Source: Candidatus Aenigmatarchaeota archaeon
GTDB lineage: Archaea; Aenigmatarchaeota; Aenigmatarchaeia; GW2011-AR5; JAGGXF01
Direction: 5' to 3'
Length of the DNA stretch: 23,365 nt
Assembly (NCBI GenBank): GCA_029932645.1
Contig: JAOZPR010000005.1
Coordinates: forward strand, 13,337-36,701
Part shown: positions 17,139-23,365 of the stretch, piece after piece
Position numbering within the stretch: the stretch's first letter is position 1
How the letters are laid out: each line of letters starts with the position of its first letter
Program-made: the position numbers and the translations under genes
The notes under the pieces: model-generated
Seen by the model: the letters and a program-made list of their open reading frames with translations, nothing else
Databases searched by the model: none
Told to the model about the DNA's origin: nothing

Positions 17139-17423
17139 CTATTTTTTTGATTTGTATTTATCAATTAAATGTCCAACTCCTGCTCCGATTAAAATCCCTA
17201 TGATTATTTCTACGCCCCAGCCAATTGGATGAATTTGTAAATCAGCACCTTGTGCCAATCCGAATAAATGAAAAATATAAGTTGCTGTAGTAAATGGTAA
17301 AATTAGTAATTTTTCTATTATAGTCATCTCAACCCAAAAATTCTTTCCTAACCAAGAAAAGACAGGTAGACTAATTAGGCCCCAAACTGCTCCTATTGCA
17401 GCACCAATTTTCCATTTTTTCAT
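17139..17423 (-). CDS. Small membrane protein (about 3 TM) on an AT-rich islet
   Basis: MKKWKIGAAIGAVWGLI...IIGILIGAGVGHLIDK; Gly-rich helices, mostly A/T-ending codons, own promoter. Confidence 0.8.
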   Translation of the reverse strand: MKKWKIGAAIGAVWGLISLPVFSWLGKNFWVEMTIIEKLLILPFTTATYIFHLFGLAQGADLQIHPIGWGVEIIIGILIGAGVGHLIDKYKSKK

Positions 17424-17447
17424 ATTTTAAGTTAGTTGCTGTAAGTT

Positions 17448-17461
17448 TATATAAATTTTCG
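17448..17461 (-). promoter_or_regulatory. BRE/TATA promoter, leaderless transcript
   Basis: Minus strand CGAAAA-TTTATATA, 24 nt before ATG 17423. Confidence 0.7.
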
Positions 17462-17478
17462 GCCAAAATTACTTTAGT

Positions 17479-17503
17479 ATGTTTGTGGTCGAGTGCGGGT
17501 ATA
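17479..17503 (+). repeat. Right copy of 25-bp direct repeat (orphan kinase C-terminus)
   Basis: ATGTTTGTGGTCGAGTGCGGGTATA, reading MFVVECGYKII* to TAA at 17512-17514. Confidence 0.9.
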
Positions 17504-17506
17504 AAA

Positions 17507-18625
17507 TTATATAACTTCCCTGTAAACCCCAATCGTCTCGGCAGCAATATCAACCCACGTCGGCAGCTTTTTCATGGCCTCGCCGGCTTTCTTTGCGAGC
17601 TGTTTTCGCTTTGCATCGTCACAGAGCAAGTCAAGAATGGCTGCTGCCAGCGCATCCGAGCTCGTGCCGGAGACGACAACGGCGTCTCTGACGAGTTCAA
17701 GCGCGCCGAAGTTTTTCGATAGTATTACCGGCTTTTTGAATGAAAGGGCTTCTAAAGCGACTATACCAAAAGGCTCGTGTTTTGACGGGAGGACAATTAT
17801 ATCGGCAGCCTTGAGGGAAGATTTCTTCTCGTCCTCGTCAATGAAGCCTGTGAAAAGAACGTGATTCTCAATACCCAGAACCTTGGAGAATTTTTTCAGC
17901 GATTCCAACAGGTGACCTGTGCCAACAAAAACGAAATATGCAGGGCGGGCGTCGAGAACTTTTTTAGCAGCATAAAGAAGATTTTCAGGGCCCTTTTGTG
18001 CTGTCAGACGGCCGACAAAAACAATGAGCGGCTTTTTCAGCGCATACTTTTTTGTGACATCTACGCGCTCGAAAGCTCGCTCTTCGTAGGTGTTATATAT
18101 GACCTTAATCTTTTTTTCTTCCGCTGCAAAGTCAGATAGCAGGATTTTCTTCATCATATTGCTAACAGTGATGACTGCATCTGCCTGCTCTATGCCGGCA
18201 CGCTCCATTTGTGACGGATAATTGTCCGTATACTTGAGCGTGCGCTGCTTTTCAAGGCTGTGAAGAGAAAAAACAAGCGGCTTTTTCAGAAATGCCTTGA
18301 GTTCGATACCAGCTGCGGCAGTCAGCCAATCATGAGAATGGATAACATCTATTGGCTTTTTGACGTCCAGCTTTATGACACGTTTGACAACTTCTTTATT
18401 ATAATCCTTGACTGTGCCCATTTCTTCATAGATATTTTTAATTCTCTTTGTCTTGACCTGGTGTATTGTGAAGTCGCTATATCTCTCTGTGAAATCTTCT
18501 GCGCCAGGAATAAATACATGTAAATCGCATCTTTTTCCGAGCGCCGTTGACAGCTCTTTTAAATGTGTCCCGAGCCCTCCAGTAATGTTCGGGGGAAATT
18601 CCCAACCTATCATAGCAATGCGCAC
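17507..18625 (-). CDS. GT4 glycosyltransferase (glycogen-synthase-like WEFPP subgroup)
   Basis: MRIAMIGWEFPP..GGLG, HSHDW, FVGRL..QKG, EPFGIVALEA; GTG start with SD AGGTG. Confidence 0.92.
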   Translation of the reverse strand: MRIAMIGWEFPPNITGGLGTHLKELSTALGKRCDLHVFIPGAEDFTERYSDFTIHQVKTKRIKNIYEEMGTVKDYNKEVVKRVIKLDVKKPIDVIHSHDWLTAAAGIELKAFLKKPLVFSLHSLEKQRTLKYTDNYPSQMERAGIEQADAVITVSNMMKKILLSDFAAEEKKIKVIYNTYEERAFERVDVTKKYALKKPLIVFVGRLTAQKGPENLLYAAKKVLDARPAYFVFVGTGHLLESLKKFSKVLGIENHVLFTGFIDEDEKKSSLKAADIIVLPSKHEPFGIVALEALSFKKPVILSKNFGALELVRDAVVVSGTSSDALAAAILDLLCDDAKRKQLAKKAGEAMKKLPTWVDIAAETIGVYREVI

Positions 18626-18762
18626 AAAAACACCTAAATGCCCTAATTCTATTACTTACTATCCAAAAATAAAACAAAAGTAAGAGGTCATCTTTTTATA
18701 TGCATCGAAATAATAGTTAGTCAGATAATTATAAAAAAAGGATTGAGACGGGGGGGTTGAAA

Positions 18763-19875
18763 ATGGAAAAAATAACTTTTTCTTTGATTAAGGCGGATGT
18801 CGGTGGGTGGCCAGGGCATTCAAAAGTTCATCCAGACCTCATCAAGAAAGCGAATGAAGAACTGGCAAAAAAGAAAGGCAACCTACTGATAGATTACTAT
18901 GTAACAGCGTGCGGCGATGACCTGCAACTGATAATGACACACCGGAATGGCGTCGATTCAAAAGACGTTCATGGCTTGGCATGGGACATATTCAAGAAGA
19001 CTACTGAAATTGCTAAGAAACTAAAACTTTATGGCGCAGGACAAGATATGCTCAAGGATGCGTTCTCAGGAAATATAAAGGGTATGGGACCTGGTATTGC
19101 TGAACTGGAGTTTACCGAGAGAAAGGGAGAACCTGTCATAACCTTTATGATGGATAAAACAGAACCAGGGGCATTTAACCTGCCAATATACAGGATGTTT
19201 GCTGACCCGTTCAACACGATAGGTCTGGTAATAGACCCAAACTTCCATGCGGGGTTCAGGTTTGAAATATGGGATATCAAGGAACACAAAAAGGTAATCA
19301 TGAACGCGCCTGAAGAAATGTATGAAATGCTGGCTTTGCTTGGAGCAAAGTCAAGATACGTGATTAAGCGGGTTTACCCAAAGTCTGGAGAGAAATTGCC
19401 TGAAGATGAGGCAGTTGCTGCTGTAAGCACTGAGAAACTTTTTCAAATCGCTAAAAAATACATAGGAAAAGACGACCCTGTCGCTGTTGTAAGAGCACAA
19501 TCAGGATTGCCTGCACTGGGAGAGGTTCTGGAGCCGTTCGCATTTCCACATCTCGTGTCAGGCTGGATGCGGGGCTCGCACAACGGACCAATTATGCCTG
19601 TGGCACAGAAAGATGCGATGTGCACACGATTTGACGGTCCTCCAAGAGCGGTGGCCTTAGGATTTCAGTTGGCTGAGGGCAAGCTCATCGGACCTGTTGA
19701 CCTGTTTGCTGATGTCGGGTTTGACAACGCAAGAAAAAGGGCACTCGATGTGGCTGATTATATGAGAAGACATGGACCATTTGAACCGCACAGACTACCA
19801 TTAGAGGAGATGGAGTACACAACATTGCCAAAGATTATGGAAAAGCTAAAAGACAGGTTTGAGAAGGTTGAGTAG
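18763..19875 (+). CDS. fbp: Bifunctional fructose-1,6-bisphosphate aldolase/phosphatase (class V FBPase)
   Basis: KADVGG.PGH, GDD, LYGAGQD, DKTEPGAFN, YIGKDDP (Schiff-base Tyr/Lys), GWMRGSH, FDGPPR, EMEYT; ATG 18763. Confidence 0.97.
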   Translation: MEKITFSLIKADVGGWPGHSKVHPDLIKKANEELAKKKGNLLIDYYVTACGDDLQLIMTHRNGVDSKDVHGLAWDIFKKTTEIAKKLKLYGAGQDMLKDAFSGNIKGMGPGIAELEFTERKGEPVITFMMDKTEPGAFNLPIYRMFADPFNTIGLVIDPNFHAGFRFEIWDIKEHKKVIMNAPEEMYEMLALLGAKSRYVIKRVYPKSGEKLPEDEAVAAVSTEKLFQIAKKYIGKDDPVAVVRAQSGLPALGEVLEPFAFPHLVSGWMRGSHNGPIMPVAQKDAMCTRFDGPPRAVALGFQLAEGKLIGPVDLFADVGFDNARKRALDVADYMRRHGPFEPHRLPLEEMEYTTLPKIMEKLKDRFEKVE

Positions 19876-19931
19876 CAACCTTCTTTCGTTTTATTTTCAA
19901 AATATTTTTAAGATATTAAAGGGGTGATTAG

Positions 19932-20591
19932 GTGACAAAACCGATAATAATAGTAAATATGAAAACTTACTCGCAATCTGTGGGACAAAAAGCAATAGAG
20001 CTTGCGAAGATTGCGGCAAAGGTTGCTGAAAAGACAGGCGCAGAAATAATATTGTGTCCACAGCTTGCGGATTTGAAAGAGGTTTCCAAAATTATTTCTT
20101 CTTACGGCCAGCATATCGACCCGATAGAGCCGGGCGCGCACACTGGCCACGTTCTCGGGGAATCGTTGAAAGATGCCGGAGCAACTGGAGTTATTATAAA
20201 CCATTCTGAGGATGTTGTTCCTATTGATGACATAAAGAAAGGCATTGAAAGGGCAAAATCTCTGGGACTGGTGACTGTTGTCTGCGCACCGACTGCAGTC
20301 GATGCGGAAGAAATAGCAAAGCTCTCACCAGATTACATAGCAGTCGAGCCGCCAGAGCTTATCGGCGGTGACATTTCTATATCAACTGCCAAGCCCGAAC
20401 TGATAGAAGATACTGTTGAAAAGGTCCATAAAGCAAATCCTAATATCAGAGTTTTGTGCGGCGCCGGCGTCAAAAACGGCAAAGACGTTAAAAAAGCATT
20501 GGAACTCGGGGCTGAGGGCATTCTTGTGGCATCTGGCGTTGTCAAGGCAAAAGACCCAGAGGCAGCGCTGCTGGACTTGAGCAATGTGTAG
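19932..20591 (+). CDS. tpiA: Triosephosphate isomerase, archaeal short type
   Basis: N.K, GAHTG, NHSE, VEPPELIG, CGAG, LVASG; SD GGGGTGA. Confidence 0.97.
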   Translation: MTKPIIIVNMKTYSQSVGQKAIELAKIAAKVAEKTGAEIILCPQLADLKEVSKIISSYGQHIDPIEPGAHTGHVLGESLKDAGATGVIINHSEDVVPIDDIKKGIERAKSLGLVTVVCAPTAVDAEEIAKLSPDYIAVEPPELIGGDISISTAKPELIEDTVEKVHKANPNIRVLCGAGVKNGKDVKKALELGAEGILVASGVVKAKDPEAALLDLSNV

Positions 20592-20640
20592 ATAAATATA
20601 GAATACGATGTGGCCTGCACTCGTCTTCTGGATATGTCTA

Positions 20641-20670
20641 GAAAGGATTAAATTTATTTATAATCCTTTC
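20641..20670. promoter_or_regulatory. Perfect 10-bp inverted repeat enclosing a TATA-like box upstream of glycogen synthase
   Basis: GAAAGGATTA-AATTTATTTA-TAATCCTTTC. Confidence 0.65.
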
Positions 20671-20696
20671 ATAATAACATATTAGAGGTGTAATGC

Positions 20697-22517
20697 GTGG
20701 GTAATGCGAGGGTTTTTGAGGTTTCTTTCGAGGTCTGCAACAAAGTTGGCGGTATTTACACAGTGCTGGCCTCCAAAGCAGCCCAGATGATCAAGATGTA
20801 CAACGACAAATACACAGCCGTTGGCTTTTACGACCCTGAAAAATCTAAGTTTGAGATAGAGCTGAGAGATCCCGGAGAGCTCAGGGAAATCTTCGAAGAA
20901 CTGAACAAAGAGGGCATAAAATGCTACTATGGCCAGTGGAGGATAGAAGGAAAACCACGTGTAATTCTCCTAGATGTGAAAAATTGCATGCACAGAAAAA
21001 ATGAAATCAAGACAAAGCTTTGGGAAGATTTTGGTATAGACTCTATTAAAGCTGGTTGCGATTTTGATGAGCCTGTTGTTTGGGCATGGGCCGTAGGAAG
21101 ACTTCTGGAGATGCTCATTGGACACTTCAAAGATGATGATATTGTCTGTCAGTTCCATGAATGGCTGTCAGGAGCAGCGCTTCTTTACCTGAAACAAAAA
21201 AATACAAAAGCAGGTCTTGTCTTTACAACGCATGCAACTGTTCTAGGAAGGACCATGGCTGGTCATGGAGAAAATCTTATAGAACAGATAGATGATGGTA
21301 TTAAGAATGGAAAAACCGTTGATGAAAAGAAGGCATACAACTATAAAGTGAACGCAAAACATCTTCTTGAAAAAAAATCAGCAGAAGAGGCTGATGTATT
21401 CACGACTGTGAGCAAGACCATGGCCAGAGAAACACAGTTCATACTCGGCAAGGCTCCTGACAAACTTTTATTAAACGGTCTTGACATGGAAAAGTTTCCT
21501 GCCATGGAAGAATTATCCTATCTTCATAAAAAATATAAAAAGAAACTCGTGGAATTCTTGCAGGCATATTTCACGCCTTATTATAGAATAAATACCAATG
21601 ACCCACGGATAATATTTATCTCAGGAAGATATGAATTCAAAAACAAGGGACTGGATGTCTTAATAGAAGCTCTCGGAAAGGCCAACCAAAAGCTGAAAGA
21701 AACCGGTGTGAAGAGGGATACTTTCGTGTTCTTTTTTATTCCGTCCAATGTCAGAGGGGAAAAATTTGAAGTTCTCGAAAACATATCACTTTATAACGAA
21801 CTGGAGGATCACGTAGAAGAGATGCTACCAGAGATAAAAGATGAGATGTTGAACATTCTCATGAACACGGAAAACGTTAAAAAACTGAGCAAGGTTCTTA
21901 AAAAATTTCTGGCTGATTCAGAAAAATTATCTGATGCGCTCAAATCAAAAAGGGCGGGGCATCCGCCATTGTGCACATATGACCTGAACTACAATGAAGA
22001 CGACGACCTTATAATAAAAGCTTTGCGGGCAAACAACTTACTAAACAAGGAAGATGACCCCATAAAGGTAATCTTTTATCCTGTTTATTTGTCTATAACA
22101 GACAAGCTCCTTTCCATGGACTATTATCAAACCGTGATTGGCTCAAGCTTTGGCGTGTTTCCATCATATTACGAACCTTGGGGCTATACGCCACTGGAGA
22201 CAGCTGCCAACGGCGCTTTGTCACTGACAACAGACTTTGGCGGTTTTGGCCAGTTTATAATGGAAACCATGAAAAAATCAGACGGAAAAAAACACGGCAT
22301 AATGGTTCTGAAAGCAAGAGGCAGAGACAAAAAAGATGTTGTCCAAGAGTTGTGTGATTATATTTGCTGGGTAGCAAAAATGAGTGTAAAAGAGATCGTT
22401 GAGATGAAAATGGACGCAAAAAGGCTTGCATCAGAGGCGGACTGGGAAAATCTGGCAAAACTTTATATAGAAGCCCACAATCTCGCTCTGGAAAAAATGA
22501 GAAGAAGGTGCAGTTAG
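20697..22517 (+). CDS. Glycogen synthase, GT3 family (eukaryote-like)
   Basis: FEVS.EVCNKVGGIYTV, FHEWL, FTTHAT.LGR, FTTVS, GRYEFKNKG, VFPSYYEPWGYTPLE; GTG start with SD GAGGTG. Confidence 0.95.
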   Translation: MGNARVFEVSFEVCNKVGGIYTVLASKAAQMIKMYNDKYTAVGFYDPEKSKFEIELRDPGELREIFEELNKEGIKCYYGQWRIEGKPRVILLDVKNCMHRKNEIKTKLWEDFGIDSIKAGCDFDEPVVWAWAVGRLLEMLIGHFKDDDIVCQFHEWLSGAALLYLKQKNTKAGLVFTTHATVLGRTMAGHGENLIEQIDDGIKNGKTVDEKKAYNYKVNAKHLLEKKSAEEADVFTTVSKTMARETQFILGKAPDKLLLNGLDMEKFPAMEELSYLHKKYKKKLVEFLQAYFTPYYRINTNDPRIIFISGRYEFKNKGLDVLIEALGKANQKLKETGVKRDTFVFFFIPSNVRGEKFEVLENISLYNELEDHVEEMLPEIKDEMLNILMNTENVKKLSKVLKKFLADSEKLSDALKSKRAGHPPLCTYDLNYNEDDDLIIKALRANNLLNKEDDPIKVIFYPVYLSITDKLLSMDYYQTVIGSSFGVFPSYYEPWGYTPLETAANGALSLTTDFGGFGQFIMETMKKSDGKKHGIMVLKARGRDKKDVVQELCDYICWVAKMSVKEIVEMKMDAKRLASEADWENLAKLYIEAHNLALEKMRRRCS

Positions 22518-22542
22518 GGAGTGTTTACAAGAGGGTGTAAAA

Positions 22543-23127
22543 ATGGTTGAAAGAATTCTGTTACTAGCGAAGGATTTTAACGGGAACGAATATGTCAGGC
22601 GTCTTGGGAGCTTCTTGGCAAAGCAGGGAAAGCGCGTCGACCTGATTTATTTTGATTCTTCTGAAAAGACTGAGCAGATAGAGGTGAACTTTAATGCGCA
22701 CTCAATAACACTTATCCTGAATGCGGATAATATATTCAACTGGGCCATGCTTATGAACAATGAAATCAAGAGAAAAGGCCGCGAGTTGTCTAACAAACTT
22801 GAGTTTGATATAATTCACGGGAATGATTGGATCACGGCTCCGGCTGCTATGACGCTGAAGAAATTGACAGAGAAGCCGCTTGTCATGACCATACATTCTA
22901 CAGAGCATGTACGTGGCTTTGGCGGGCCACACGGCGGCATAATATCTGATTTGGAATGGTGGTCTAGCTTTGAGGCAGATTACATAATCTCGTGCGATGA
23001 AAAAACCTTTAATTCTTTGCGAAATGATTTAAAAATACCGGACAGGAAACTGGCACTGATACGCCCAGTGGAGGACTGGGAAAGGAAGATACTTGATATT
23101 TACGAGCTAGTCGAGGGGGTAAAATGA
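22543..23127 (+). CDS. Stand-alone GT4 N-terminal (acceptor) domain protein
   Basis: IHGNDW, P.V.TIHSTE..RG, I..LEW; no nucleotide-sugar-binding C-domain; SD GAGGGT. Confidence 0.75.
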   Translation: MVERILLLAKDFNGNEYVRRLGSFLAKQGKRVDLIYFDSSEKTEQIEVNFNAHSITLILNADNIFNWAMLMNNEIKRKGRELSNKLEFDIIHGNDWITAPAAMTLKKLTEKPLVMTIHSTEHVRGFGGPHGGIISDLEWWSSFEADYIISCDEKTFNSLRNDLKIPDRKLALIRPVEDWERKILDIYELVEGVK

Positions 23128-23365
23128 AAATCCTTATGACAACATGGGAATTTCCGCCAAACAAAGTTGGCGGAATAGCCAGCCATTGCTTGGACTTGTC
23201 CAAGACTTTGGTTAGCCAAGGCCATGATATTCACATCCTGACTTACGGGCCAGAAGAAAAGGACTATGAGATAAGCGGCGTTCATGTCCATACTGTACCA
23301 AGCACAGGCTCATCACCAGATATAGTGAGCTGGGCCATGTTTCTTGGACACAGAATGGAAAAAAA
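23124..23365 (+). CDS. GT4 glycosyltransferase, 5' part (runs off the window; not in the ORF track)
   Basis: Manual translation MKILMTTWEFPPNKVGGIASHCLDLSKTLVSQGHDIHILT...; ATGA overlap with the previous gene. Confidence 0.9.
   Translation, partial: MKILMTTWEFPPNKVGGIASHCLDLSKTLVSQGHDIHILTYGPEEKDYEISGVHVHTVPSTGSSPDIVSWAMFLGHRMEK

Noticed and set aside
17043..17503. IS/MITE or CRISPR interpretation of the 25-bp repeats
   Set aside because: Only two copies 436 bp apart, derived from coding sequence; no transposase, terminal inverted repeats or cas genes.
17396..17722. 108-aa plus-strand ORF across the islet boundary
   Set aside because: Overlaps two minus-strand genes and a promoter; no coding signal.
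18750..18756. G7 homopolymer as a phase-variation tract
   Set aside because: Short and positioned as the fbp Shine-Dalgarno.

Overview
A dense archaeal central-carbon and redox cluster. Archaeal-type PGK, TPI, FBP aldolase/phosphatase, ADP-dependent sugar kinase and NadM occur with BRE/TATA promoters and GGTGA/GAGGTG Shine-Dalgarno sites. Bacterial-type GAPDH and iPGM and a GT3 glycogen synthase are mixed in, which suggests a DPANN-like archaeon (inference). Order: pilin-like membrane protein(-), ATP-cone/Mrr/HhH protein(-), gpmI(-), NDP-sugar synthase(-), pgk(-), gap(-), then divergently a group 3b [NiFe]-hydrogenase operon hydBGDA + nnrD(+), a lipoprotein and a Cys-repeat secreted protein(-), a nadM-hypA-hypC-unknown-EamA-protease-like operon(-), ADP-GK/PFK(+), a 436-bp direct-repeat-bounded islet, GT4(-), fbp(+), tpiA(+), GT3 glycogen synthase(+), a half GT4(+) and a partial GT4(+). 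The most notable candidate system is a non-canonical hydrogenase module. Its large subunit has Tyr in place of the proton-relay Glu, and HypC lacks its conserved His while the next gene carries a His-containing HypC-like domain. The protease is degenerate, and hypB/D/E/F are absent from the window. Also notable: a candidate ~70-nt structured RNA (555-620), an insertion scar duplicating the kinase 3' end, and palindromic promoter architectures. No tRNA, rRNA, CRISPR array or transposase was recognised. All family assignments are by eye, with no database search.
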